Shown here: positions 1 through 8,819 of the stretch, in pieces
Layout: every line of letters begins with the position of its first letter
Numbering within the stretch: the first letter of the stretch is position 1
IMG/VR virus record: IMGVR_UViG_3300047661_000097
DNA: 20,000 nt
Direction: 5' to 3' (one strand)
Source of the DNA: an uncultured virus (IMG/VR IMGVR_UViG_3300047661_000097)
Taxonomy: Duplodnaviria; Heunggongvirae; Uroviricota; Caudoviricetes
Position numbers and translations under genes: made by a program
Notes under the pieces: generated by a model
Told to the model about the DNA's origin: nothing
Seen by the model: only the letters and a program-made list of their open reading frames with translations
The model's database searches: none

Positions 1-254
1 TGGTCTTTCTCAAACAAATAGAGCTTTCTGTATAGCGCGTCGCGGTACTCGGCGCCTAACTGGCCAGTACAAGATCCTTCTTGCCCTTGGTCGCGAATTT
101 TCCCCATCCATTGCGAGGTTGTGGCCCGCACGGGTAGTTGCAATTGAGCAGGGGCATGAACCGCCAACAGGGTTCTAGCTGGCGAAAAAACATTATCCCG
201 ATAAAGTCCGTATCGCCTTCCGCTAGGCGAAGGTGTCAGCAAATCGTTTGCCAT
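1..254 (-). CDS. Papain-like C1 family cysteine peptidase, N-terminal part (runs off window)
   Basis: Own translation from ATG at 254 (GGAG SD upstream): MANDLLTPSPSGRRYGLYRD...LPVRATTSQWMGKIRDQGQEGSCTG; DQGxxGSC is the C1A catalytic Cys/oxyanion motif. Confidence 0.8.
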   Translation of the reverse strand, partial: MANDLLTPSPSGRRYGLYRDNVFSPARTLLAVHAPAQLQLPVRATTSQWMGKIRDQGQEGSCTGQLGAEYRDALYRKLYLFEKD

Positions 255-354
255 AGCATCTCCAATTTATGGCGGCCTCACAACTGCTTGTGCACCCTGT
301 CATTGGCATTCAGCGCAGCAAGAGCAGGGAAGCCGCCATCTAGGCGCGCCCAAA

Positions 355-906
355 TTAAATTTTGGCCGCGGTTAGGTTCAACTTCACGCACTCGCTATTC
401 CATTGCGCTTTGTAAGCACCTGGCCAAGTCGGATGCAATAAACTTGGGCCCGTTATTTTTACAGCCTTGTAGTGCACGCTGTTAACGACTTTTCTCCGGT
501 TTTCAACCTGCGCCGTTGACGTCAATTGCACGGTCAGCCCAAATGCACTCATAATTGTTTCAATGGCCGCGACTGCAATATCAACAAGCGCAGAGAAGGT
601 CGCCGTTGCCGGAATAACAGCCAAAACCGCCTCAACCGTATCAAGAGCGTCCGTTACGATTGCAGAAGTGCTGCCCGTTTTCCATTTCGCTTCAGCTTCC
701 TTCAAGGCAGTAATTGCACTGTCCAACGAGCTGACCCAAGTCGAGCTAGAATCAGCTAATTTTAAAATTGACAGTAGTGAATCAAGCACGGTGTTAAGAG
801 CACTGGTTACGTTAAAGGTGCAGCCTTCCATCAGAACAGTAGAAGGCAGAATGCTTGCGGCGGCGCCGGCAACAGCCGCATTTCTCATAAAGATCCGACG
901 GTTCAT
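355..906 (-). CDS. Twin-arginine (Tat) signal, probable lipoprotein, hypothetical
   Basis: MNRRIFMR-hydrophobic stretch-LMEGC lipobox-like; AAGGA SD upstream. Confidence 0.7.
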   Translation of the reverse strand: MNRRIFMRNAAVAGAAASILPSTVLMEGCTFNVTSALNTVLDSLLSILKLADSSSTWVSSLDSAITALKEAEAKWKTGSTSAIVTDALDTVEAVLAVIPATATFSALVDIAVAAIETIMSAFGLTVQLTSTAQVENRRKVVNSVHYKAVKITGPSLLHPTWPGAYKAQWNSECVKLNLTAAKI

Positions 907-915
907 AATTTCCTT

Positions 916-1182
916 TCATGGTTTGATTTGCGCTGCCCACAAGCTACCGGCTGAGGGTTGCGTAATCTGTGCTGCGTTATAAACCTGCGTGGGCGTAGCT
1001 GTTGAAACCGTGTAATTTAAATTAAGCCCGCTATTTCTTGTCTCGGAGCTTTGTTCTGTCATTGCCCACGGCATAGTTGATGGTAACGGCCTGTACGCCG
1101 CAATGGTTGTTTCTGAACCTCGCTCTCCCCTAGTTTGGTCCGAATCATTCAAACAGGCAAGAGCTGATTCTATTGCCCCCAA
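916..1182 (-). CDS. Hypothetical protein
   Basis: ORF fills the gap in a tightly packed minus-strand operon; no motif recognised. Confidence 0.4.
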   Translation of the reverse strand: MGAIESALACLNDSDQTRGERGSETTIAAYRPLPSTMPWAMTEQSSETRNSGLNLNYTVSTATPTQVYNAAQITQPSAGSLWAAQIKP

Positions 1183-1208
1183 TGATCGGTTCTTTACCTT
1201 GGGGGAAG

Positions 1209-1430
1209 CTAAAAAGGCCGAACAACAATTTCAACTTGCTCCAAGCGGTCAAGATACTCTGCCGGAATCGATCGCGCAGCTAAAATCGAAACCTCATCCG
1301 GAGTGGCCGCCAATTGCCGTGTTACATCAGTCAAAATCTCTGACTTACCTGCTGTTTCATTGCCTGCCGCATCCTTCTTTGGCTTGGGATGAAACAACAC
1401 CGCGTACTCAAACAACTTTCCTTTTGCCAT
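1209..1430 (-). CDS. Small hypothetical phage protein
   Basis: AAGGAG SD, protein-like composition, operon context. Confidence 0.75.
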   Translation of the reverse strand: MAKGKLFEYAVLFHPKPKKDAAGNETAGKSEILTDVTRQLAATPDEVSILAARSIPAEYLDRLEQVEIVVRPF

Positions 1431-1456
1431 ATTGGCTCCTTTTTTGCGTTCATATG

Positions 1457-1669
1457 CTATTCTTTGGCTAAAAATCGATCCAATAGCTTATGCATACATG
1501 CTTGGCCACAAAGATGTTGCGTGGTGGTTTCATTCAGTACTGCTGCATTGGCATCTTTCCATCGCATAATTTTCAAACCATACAAAGACTCCACCGCAAC
1601 AAACCATCGATTCGTTTCTTTGCGCTCTATATTGCAAATAGAGCAAAGATAAGTTCTTTTTATCGTCAT
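1457..1669 (-). CDS. Small Zn-finger-like hypothetical protein
   Basis: CxxC ... HLCGxxC; ATGA overlap with the upstream ORF. Confidence 0.7.
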   Translation of the reverse strand: MTIKRTYLCSICNIERKETNRWFVAVESLYGLKIMRWKDANAAVLNETTTQHLCGQACMHKLLDRFLAKE

Positions 1670-1875
1670 AGCGGAAAACGCTCCCGCCGAGCCATAACCA
1701 ACAAATCGGCCGCCTCAATCGCTTTTGTGGCTTCCGCACTGCTTGCACTACCATCCAAAAGGCATTCCACGCATTCTGACCAAAACTCGCGGTCGCATTC
1801 CATACGATAAGATTGTTCGTTTAACAACCTCATTTTCTCGCGTCTTTCAATCTTGTCTTGTTGGTTTTGGCTCAT
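1666..1875 (-). CDS. Hypothetical protein
   Basis: GAGG SD; stop overlaps the start of the next gene. Confidence 0.65.
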   Translation of the reverse strand: MSQNQQDKIERREKMRLLNEQSYRMECDREFWSECVECLLDGSASSAEATKAIEAADLLVMARRERFPL

Positions 1876-2251
1876 CTTTACGCACCTCGTGGTAATTAAT
1901 CCTTACGCTGCCTTTGCGTATATTGCACATGGCATGCGCCGCGCCATTGTACGGCTCCATCTTTCCTGTCTCACGGTTTAAACGCTCAATGCGATCATCC
2001 CGGTGCCCGGCGTCATAACCTCGACCATCTTGGTGCTCAAAAACCGCATCCGCAAGCCGCAACTGACCAGGGCAGTGTTTGATATAGCCTTCCAAACAAC
2101 AACGGCGATTCTGGCGCTCCCACATCACCCTAAGACGCCGCATATATTCGTCACGGCCTTCTTTAGTCAAAAGATTGCAAATTTCCCGTCCATTGGTCAA
2201 AACTCGAATTGTAGGCTTCAATTTGTTTTTCACGGCGCACCAGCCAACCAA
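1847..2251 (-). CDS. HNH endonuclease-like protein (start may be GTG at 2233)
   Basis: RCC...C...FEH...GG-like loop...NGAAHAMCNIRKGS: HNH-type pattern. Confidence 0.7.
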   Translation of the reverse strand: MVGWCAVKNKLKPTIRVLTNGREICNLLTKEGRDEYMRRLRVMWERQNRRCCLEGYIKHCPGQLRLADAVFEHQDGRGYDAGHRDDRIERLNRETGKMEPYNGAAHAMCNIRKGSVRINYHEVRKDEPKPTRQD

Positions 2252-2467
2252 TTAAGTTGTTTTTTCGCGATACTTATCAAAATCGTCGCAGGTAACCCAA
2301 TGCCCTATCGCTGGCGTATCTTCTGTCGGCATGGGGTTCATAGGGATGTTGCGGCCTTGCGGCGTCAACCACCATTCAATTTCAGCTTGGCAAATAACGC
2401 ATACCCCGTGGTCTGAAAAACGGTAACCTGCTAGCCGCATTCCATTCGCATTAGCAGAAAATGGCAT
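2252..2467 (-). CDS. Small Zn-binding hypothetical phage protein
   Basis: CxxC-xxIEW...TPQG...HWxTC pattern; GGAG SD. Confidence 0.7.
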   Translation of the reverse strand: MPFSANANGMRLAGYRFSDHGVCVICQAEIEWWLTPQGRNIPMNPMPTEDTPAIGHWVTCDDFDKYREKTT

Positions 2468-2572
2468 TTATCTTTCTCCCGAAAAAAGGGGAATCCAATT
2501 GCATACTTACGCCGGATCCCCCCCCTGCGCCCATACAAGCTGGCAGTGCCGGTAGTACCGTCAACTTGTTCG

Positions 2573-3385
2573 CTACCCTTGCGGCGCAAAACTTTGTTTG
2601 TCTAACTTGTCTCCGCAGCAAATTGTTAGAATTTCCCCCATATCATGAATGTGAATTGCTAACAATTCTTGCAGCCTTTTCAAATCATCAAAGGTTTCAG
2701 CACTTGTTACCGCCTGTGTCAGCCGAGGGATCGACTCGGTCAAAAAGCCCACCAGCGTCGGCCGGTCGTGGAATTCGGCGATCATCAGTTCAATTGCGTA
2801 TCCTTCATCGTCAATGCCGTGTTCCGCCTGCCAATCCTTTAATCCCTGCTCAATCACTTCCCGCTGCGCTTCTTTCACGCGCCATTTCATGGTGACGTAT
2901 ACTTCGCCCACTGCCTTGTTTTCTTGCCGGGCAGTTTCTAATACCAATTCGCCTTCAAAATCCCGCGTAGTCATGGTGGCCGCAGATCCAACAATGGCTA
3001 AATCCTTACGCGTTTCCATAGGCGCTACGGCCAATTGTTCAGCGTTTTCAATTGACATTGCAATGAACTGCTCTTTAGTCAAATGTTGAAAGCGTTCCGC
3101 CAAGCCAACCATCTTGTACCAGGTTGAACGGCCAATACCCGTTGACGCACGATAACTTTTTTCGCTGGCAAATCCCAAAACTTGCCAGGCGTTTGTTGTG
3201 CGCAAAAATGCGCCTTCCCAACCAATTTCCATCGAATGCTTACTAGCTTTGTGCCATGCTTGCCGTATGCAGCAATCACTTTCTTTTACCTGCAATTCAA
3301 GCTCAGCGCTTATAGCCAGTAATCCTTGCGGCGGCAATGTGGCATCCACCATTTGCAAACTTAGCCCATCACTTGCCATGCTCAC
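2573..3385 (-). CDS. Hypothetical protein
   Basis: 270-aa ORF with AGGAGG SD; no family recognised. Confidence 0.75.
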   Translation of the reverse strand: MSMASDGLSLQMVDATLPPQGLLAISAELELQVKESDCCIRQAWHKASKHSMEIGWEGAFLRTTNAWQVLGFASEKSYRASTGIGRSTWYKMVGLAERFQHLTKEQFIAMSIENAEQLAVAPMETRKDLAIVGSAATMTTRDFEGELVLETARQENKAVGEVYVTMKWRVKEAQREVIEQGLKDWQAEHGIDDEGYAIELMIAEFHDRPTLVGFLTESIPRLTQAVTSAETFDDLKRLQELLAIHIHDMGEILTICCGDKLDKQSFAPQG

Positions 3386-3413
3386 CTCCTTACCTTTTTT
3401 TCTTTTTAATCAT

Positions 3414-3650
3414 TTACTTTGTCCGCCATACTCTCAGTCCCCAATCGTCGTACTCTGCCATAAACTCCTTGTTGTTTTTCAATCCGTAGCGATAAACAGA
3501 AACGCTAGAAACGGGCGGAAATCCACTGTTACCTACATTCTGGATATAAATTGAATCGTTCGGTTCCATGTGCGCCAACTCAGGCACAATTTCCTCTGCT
3601 CCCGGAGTGTCGGTTGCAAGCAAAAAATTCTTTTCGACCCGTATCGTCAT
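3414..3650 (-). CDS. Hypothetical protein
   Basis: ATGA overlap with MTase stop; C-terminal GLRVWR motif. Confidence 0.7.
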   Translation of the reverse strand: MTIRVEKNFLLATDTPGAEEIVPELAHMEPNDSIYIQNVGNSGFPPVSSVSVYRYGLKNNKEFMAEYDDWGLRVWRTK

Positions 3651-5359
3651 ACGCTCTCCATTTGGTTGAATAGCGGCGCATCAGCTTCTATCCGTAGCTG
3701 TGCAATCTTTACGTAATCAGGATTCATCTCAATACCAATAAAATTGAATCCTTCACGTATAGCCGCAATTCCTGTGCTTCCCGAGCCCATAAACAAATCA
3801 AGAACTGTGCCTTTTGGCGGCGTCACTAATCGGCAAAGATAAGCCATTAGTGCTATAGGTTTGACCGTTGGATGGAAATTCTGCGCACTGCGGTCCGTTC
3901 CATCGGACTGAAAAGTCCCCGGCGATTGCGTTCCAGCCGACCACAGCAACGGTTTCTTGTCCATCGCTTCGCATCCGCGGTTACGCTCTTCGCGGCTTGC
4001 TTTCGCACAATAAATCAAACTATGTTGAAAGTCCTTCTCCCCATGTTCCAAGTTCTTCGGCATGATGCTGAATATGGCATTTACGACAGAGCCGTTCTGT
4101 CTGGAGAGGCTGGTCGTAATCTTCGTGATGCCGGTCTGCACACGGAGCACCACACTTTGTACATGGCCGATTTTTTGGGTCAAATCTTCGGGCGGCTGCT
4201 CGAGCCAGGACTTTCTTCCTAAACTCTGGATCGTCTCTGTAACGCTTGTTGCGATCTGCCTTAATTCGTTCAGCGTTACGTTCGTAAAAGGTTCCGGGAA
4301 GACGACCTTTAAGCGCAGCTCCACGGGGAGTGCCTCGCTGACTGCATGATCGAGAACAGTAGACGCGAGTTTGCTTGGCAGGCAAGAAAAGCCGTCCACA
4401 GAATGCACAAGGTTTGAGAGACCGCTTTGCTCCAGCCATTCTCTGTCCTCCAGTGAACAGGTTTTAAAGAACCGCGCTGCAGAGCCCTTATCGAGACGGG
4501 GTTCCCAACCATAGCCATTGGTCCCAAATTTCCCGTATACATTTTGCTGGGTGCGTTGGCCATCGTCGCTGGCACGTAGCTGCCCCGGCGCATCTGGAAA
4601 TGCTGCCAACACTTCGTCGCTGCCATCATGAATAACATTAGCTGGCCAGCGACCCAATTCCGGCGTGTTATACGGTGTACTACTCTCTCCAACAAACGAT
4701 TTAGCGCCGCTGGTTCGCCCGTAATTGTGGTGTGGAAGTTCTCCAGAAATTCGGCACGCATCGATATTCAACGCACCGGTTCTATACTCCAAAACATTGG
4801 CCGCCACGGTGCCCACCAGCGGCTTGCGAGCAACAACAATCGGCTCGTGCGCCGGTTTCAACGCTGTGCCAAATCCTTGCCACTGCTGCGCGGCATCGGT
4901 CGCTGGAGCCGTAATTGGTTGCGGCGGATAATCATAGCTAACCTTTCTCGTTTCGCTATAACGTTGCGTTGCTTTTCCACGCTTATAACGCGCAGGGGCC
5001 ACAATCGCCCGTTCCACCTTTGCGGCCTTATCGATCGCTTTTGATACGTCGACCGATTTAGGAAATCCGCTGCCATAGATCCACATAATCTGATCGCGGA
5101 TCTCGAATCCCGCATCTTCAACGGCACACGCCAGCCGGTGATACGTGCGGCTTCCGCCAAAGGCCAGCAGATAACCACCAGGCTTTAACACTCGCAATGC
5201 TTGCTTCCACATCAACACGGAATAAGAAATTCCAGTTGCATCCCACTTTTTCCCCATAAAACCAAGTTCATATGGAGGATCGGTAACGATGGAATCCACC
5301 GTCGCATCGGCCAGCGTTTGCAATTGCTCCATCACATCGCCCTCCAAAATTCGGTACAT
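3647..5359 (-). CDS. DNA N6-adenine/N4-cytosine methyltransferase (beta class) with an in-frame insertion
   Basis: TDPPY near the N-terminus, HPTVKP and DLFMGSGSTG near the C-terminus; likely start MYRILEGD at 5359 (GGAG SD), ORF track start 5389. Confidence 0.92.
   Translation of the reverse strand: MYRILEGDVMEQLQTLADATVDSIVTDPPYELGFMGKKWDATGISYSVLMWKQALRVLKPGGYLLAFGGSRTYHRLACAVEDAGFEIRDQIMWIYGSGFPKSVDVSKAIDKAAKVERAIVAPARYKRGKATQRYSETRKVSYDYPPQPITAPATDAAQQWQGFGTALKPAHEPIVVARKPLVGTVAANVLEYRTGALNIDACRISGELPHHNYGRTSGAKSFVGESSTPYNTPELGRWPANVIHDGSDEVLAAFPDAPGQLRASDDGQRTQQNVYGKFGTNGYGWEPRLDKGSAARFFKTCSLEDREWLEQSGLSNLVHSVDGFSCLPSKLASTVLDHAVSEALPVELRLKVVFPEPFTNVTLNELRQIATSVTETIQSLGRKSWLEQPPEDLTQKIGHVQSVVLRVQTGITKITTSLSRQNGSVVNAIFSIMPKNLEHGEKDFQHSLIYCAKASREERNRGCEAMDKKPLLWSAGTQSPGTFQSDGTDRSAQNFHPTVKPIALMAYLCRLVTPPKGTVLDLFMGSGSTGIAAIREGFNFIGIEMNPDYVKIAQLRIEADAPLFNQMESV
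4020..4439 (-). CDS. Zn-finger/HNH endonuclease-like protein nested in the MTase gene (alternate frame)
   Basis: CAFC...YCSRSC; CTKC...DRHHEDYDQP...LCRKCHIQHH; own GGAGGA SD at 4446-4451. Confidence 0.8.
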   Translation of the reverse strand: MAGAKRSLKPCAFCGRLFLPAKQTRVYCSRSCSQRGTPRGAALKGRLPGTFYERNAERIKADRNKRYRDDPEFRKKVLARAAARRFDPKNRPCTKCGAPCADRHHEDYDQPLQTERLCRKCHIQHHAEELGTWGEGLST

Positions 5360-5372
5360 TTGCTCTCCGCCG

Positions 5373-5603
5373 TTATCTGCTAAAAGCACACTTATTTTTT
5401 CTTAAAGATGCTTGCGCCATTCTGTCTTCAGCGTCCCACCGCAATGTATCCAATTCGCAAATACGGCTTAGCGCAATATTCCGGTCGAGCAAGTGATCGT
5501 CGGCGGCCTTGGCCAACGCCCGCCGAAAGAGTTTTAGCTCTAGCGGATTCATTGAAACCTTTACCCGCACTTCCGTCATATCTTTACCTTTCTTGCGCAT
5601 CAA
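5373..5603 (-). CDS. Hypothetical protein
   Basis: Overlaps the primase stop; operon context. Confidence 0.6.
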   Translation of the reverse strand: MMRKKGKDMTEVRVKVSMNPLELKLFRRALAKAADDHLLDRNIALSRICELDTLRWDAEDRMAQASLRKNKCAFSR

Positions 5604-7303
5604 TCAACCCAACTGGGTTTAGAAACGCCATGGATATTCGGATCAAAAGGCATTACATTTTCCAAAGGAGCTAACTTTAAATTCCCGCCCTCGTGCTGAA
5701 TAATGAATGAAATTGGCTCGCAAGACTCGGCCGCCTTGGTTTCAAACTCCGCCCTGCGCCGTAGCTTTTGTTCACCAGGGTTTTCTACCGTTAGCCCTAT
5801 GCTCCATTCCGTCCAACCGTAGATGGCGCTGGCGCCGCGGATTCGTGTAAAAAATCTTCCCGTCGCGTTTTCCTTGCTTACGTGGTGCACAATACCAATC
5901 GAGCATCCAGCCTCTTGCCCAATCTGGCCGATCTTCTTTACCACCTGCGCCATCTCGCCATTGTTGTTCTCATCGCGGTTATGTATGCGATTCAGCACAT
6001 CAAAAACTGCAAATTCTATTTGCCGGTCTTTTAAATCCAAAATCATGTTGGCAAGCTGCTCGTCATCGTCAACGTCAAAATCTCCAAGTTGCTCACGCGT
6101 GTTGATCCACAGCCACCCGCTAACGTCTTCTCGTAAGCCCTTGCCACGCAATAACGCTTGCACCCGCACCTTCGTTAGCACTGGCGAATCTTCGCGGCTA
6201 ATGTAGGCAGTGCGCACGCGGCGCGGCACCCTTCTTCCCAACCACGGCTCGCCCGATGCTAATGAAATCAACAGATCAAGCGCCGCCAGCGATTTTCCCG
6301 TCTTGGGCTCCGCGGCAATCAAGCCGTTACCGCCGACTTGAATAACGCCGTCCACCAGCCACTCAATCTCCGCATTGGCTGATTGCGCCCATTCCACCGC
6401 ATCTACAAGCCAGTTTTCTCGCTCGGTTGATGCCGTCCAGATCCTGGACTCGCGTATGCGCTTTTTCAGCTCCTCTGGTGAATGATTTTCAAGAAAATCG
6501 CTAACATCGCTTTTTTCCGGCAACTCGGAGAAGTCGACCATGCGCACGGCATAGGCAAACTTGGTAATCGCCGATGCCGCCGTCTCGGCATAAATCCGGC
6601 CAGGCTCGTCGTTATCGGCAAAGATGATGACTTGCTTGCCGGTAAAATACGGCGCGTAAGAATCCAGCCATTTTGGCGAATGTCCCTTTTGCCAAGCCCC
6701 GTCATGCGTTGTCGTCGCCGCAATCGAAAGCGCGTTTTCGGTGAACAAATTGGCATCAATTAGACTTTGGCAGTCTTTTTCGCCCTCACAATAAAACGCC
6801 ACATTGGCCTTGATTAAATCGGGCAGGTTGTACAGAATACGCCGCGTGCGGCTCCCATCCTTGCGATCGATTCCCAGCTTCCACTCGCCATTTTCAGGGT
6901 GAAACACGCGAAAAGTCTTCTCGCCAATTTCAGGCTCATAGCGCCGCTTTTGGAAAAGCGTCAGCCCGTTCTCGTCGCGGTAATCGTAAATGGCCGCCGG
7001 CACCCCTAAATTACTTTCTTCCTCGTACCAGCTGGCCGGCGTCGCGCCGGTAATCTTCGCGACATTCGCTTCGGCTTGCTCCAGGGAGCACGAAGAGAAT
7101 CTCGCTTCAAACTGAAAAAGATTGCCCTTCGCGCCGCAGGCATGGCAGTTAAATCCGCCGTTGCCGTCAAGGAAAAGCGTGCACGATGGATTCTTTTCGT
7201 CATGGAAGGCGCAGCGCACGGCAACTTTTTCGCGCGCCGGAATCCTTTGCCCAGGATGCCGGTGCTCGAAGTATTGCCGAATTTGCTCGAAGCTAAGCTG
7301 CAT
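5600..7303 (-). CDS. Primase-helicase (CHC2 Zn finger + TOPRIM + RecA-like/AAA_25 helicase)
   Basis: CAFH...CHAC; EGEKD; DND; AEPKTGKS Walker A; VHH...RGAS. Confidence 0.92.
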   Translation of the reverse strand: MQLSFEQIRQYFEHRHPGQRIPAREKVAVRCAFHDEKNPSCTLFLDGNGGFNCHACGAKGNLFQFEARFSSCSLEQAEANVAKITGATPASWYEEESNLGVPAAIYDYRDENGLTLFQKRRYEPEIGEKTFRVFHPENGEWKLGIDRKDGSRTRRILYNLPDLIKANVAFYCEGEKDCQSLIDANLFTENALSIAATTTHDGAWQKGHSPKWLDSYAPYFTGKQVIIFADNDEPGRIYAETAASAITKFAYAVRMVDFSELPEKSDVSDFLENHSPEELKKRIRESRIWTASTERENWLVDAVEWAQSANAEIEWLVDGVIQVGGNGLIAAEPKTGKSLAALDLLISLASGEPWLGRRVPRRVRTAYISREDSPVLTKVRVQALLRGKGLREDVSGWLWINTREQLGDFDVDDDEQLANMILDLKDRQIEFAVFDVLNRIHNRDENNNGEMAQVVKKIGQIGQEAGCSIGIVHHVSKENATGRFFTRIRGASAIYGWTEWSIGLTVENPGEQKLRRRAEFETKAAESCEPISFIIQHEGGNLKLAPLENVMPFDPNIHGVSKPSWVD

Positions 7304-8153
7304 TGCTTCCCTCGTAGGCCCGCATGCCGTTTTTTAATCCCCAGAGCTTTGAAGACATCCATCTGCCTTCGCCAAAAAACTTTTCAGGGCTCATCGGGGG
7401 CGCGCGCAGCTTTTCCCTTTTGGCGCAATCGCAATACTCTTTCCAGGCCACAATCATGCTGTCGCGAACGCCATCGAGATCCCCAGGATGTTCCTTGAGC
7501 GCGAATTTGGCTTGCTCGAAAAGCTGGTCCCTAGCCCATCGCGTGGTGGTTCCAATCGAATCAACCACGGCAGTTGCAATCATGTGTGCCTCGTCGTTTT
7601 CCGTAGAAGAAGCCGCGCGCAGCGCAGGGAGTGGTTCTGCGATATTCCGGAGATCCTCCGGAATTCCCCCCCCTGTTCCCTGTTCCCTGTTCCCTGTTCC
7701 CTGTTCCTGACGGAAATTCTCCGGCGGCTCTCCAGAAATTTCCGGTTGTTCCCCGGAATTTTCCAGGGGATTTCCAGAACTTTTTAGAGATTTTCTGGAG
7801 ATTTCCAGAGAATTTTTCCATAAGATATTCAATTTGCTTATTTTGCTTGGCGTGGGGTGGCTGATTCTTTGATGATTTGCAAAATTTACGATGCGACCAA
7901 ATTGCTTTTCTTTGTGAATACCGATCTCGACATAGCCAATGCTCACTAATTCGTTGAGCAGTTTTTTTATGTTTTTAAAATCTTTACGCAATGGGCACGT
8001 TCCAGCTCGCACTAAAGCCGGATTTGCGTTGAAAAATCCTTCGTCATCGGCATAGCAAAGCAACGCTTCCGCTAATAAATGCGCTGATGCAGACACAGAC
8101 GAAAGCCCTTCGTTTGAATTAAACTCGGGCTTGATTGACCTTATCCTTCCCAT
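7293..8153 (-). CDS. Phage replication initiator/replisome organiser
   Basis: MGRIRSIKPEF...ADDEG N-terminus typical of phage replication proteins; internal repeat tract; directly upstream of primase-helicase. Confidence 0.75.
   Translation of the reverse strand: MGRIRSIKPEFNSNEGLSSVSASAHLLAEALLCYADDEGFFNANPALVRAGTCPLRKDFKNIKKLLNELVSIGYVEIGIHKEKQFGRIVNFANHQRISHPTPSKISKLNILWKNSLEISRKSLKSSGNPLENSGEQPEISGEPPENFRQEQGTGNREQGTGGGIPEDLRNIAEPLPALRAASSTENDEAHMIATAVVDSIGTTTRWARDQLFEQAKFALKEHPGDLDGVRDSMIVAWKEYCDCAKREKLRAPPMSPEKFFGEGRWMSSKLWGLKNGMRAYEGSNAA
7671..7820. repeat. (CCCTGTT)x5 at 7671-7705 plus ~10-11-bp-spaced TTTCCRG-like repeats: probable iteron/ori region
   Basis: Repeats seen directly; position inside the initiator gene is analogous to lambda ori in O. 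Confidence 0.6.
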
Positions 8154-8171
8154 GCAAATGCCCTTATTTCT

Positions 8172-8819
8172 TTACGCTTTTAATTTTGAGGTAGGCTTCG
8201 ATAAATGCTCGCGCTGCGGGCACACAGATTGCGTCGCCGTACAGACGAAGCCGTCCAACACGGGCGGTGGCTCCTGTGGCGAGTGGAAACTCGATAGTTC
8301 TTCGGAAGCCACCCGCTTCAAAATCCATCCAGAGGCGGTCTTGAACTTTTTCAGTAAGGGATCGCCATAGCGTTTCAACCGGGACAGATGGGTGCAACAC
8401 AAGCCCTTGCGCTCCACTGGTTTTGAGCAATAGGCGCAATGCTTCAACCGTAGCGGTGTCCCCTCGTACCTCGGCGAGTGCAAGAGACGATGGCAGGAGA
8501 CGCACAAACTCTTCAAATTCTCGGGCGCGTTGTTCATCGGATCTTTGTCTTTGTGGTGTACGTGCAATTTGCAACTTGTCTTCCCACACCGCTCGCAAGT
8601 TTTCTTTACCGCCTTGCCCGATTGCCGCCGGCTGTTTTTGGCGTTGAGCACCTTGATCGTTCCTTCGTAATCCAGTGCCATGCACTTCCGGTTGCAATAA
8701 TGTCGCTGGAGAAAACTCGTTATGTTTTCCAACACGCCGTTCATCCAGCGCTTGCGATGAAGGAGTTCGCCGCAATAACGGCAATTTTTGATCGGGTCGG
8801 ATTTGGGCTTCGGAGGCAT
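8172..8819 (-). CDS. HNH endonuclease with Zn fingers nested in the C5 MTase gene
   Basis: CRYC...YCNRKC; CERC...LHVHHKDKDPMNNAPENLKSLCVSCHRLLH; starts immediately after the beta-chain stop (TAAATG). Confidence 0.85.
   Translation of the reverse strand: MPPKPKSDPIKNCRYCGELLHRKRWMNGVLENITSFLQRHYCNRKCMALDYEGTIKVLNAKNSRRQSGKAVKKTCERCGKTSCKLHVHHKDKDPMNNAPENLKSLCVSCHRLLHSPRYEGTPLRLKHCAYCSKPVERKGLCCTHLSRLKRYGDPLLKKFKTASGWILKRVASEELSSFHSPQEPPPVLDGFVCTATQSVCPQREHLSKPTSKLKA

Noticed and set aside
4013..4465. Intein or group I intron explanation for the MTase insert
   Set aside because: No intein terminal residues; the insert is almost entirely the HNH ORF, leaving no ribozyme core
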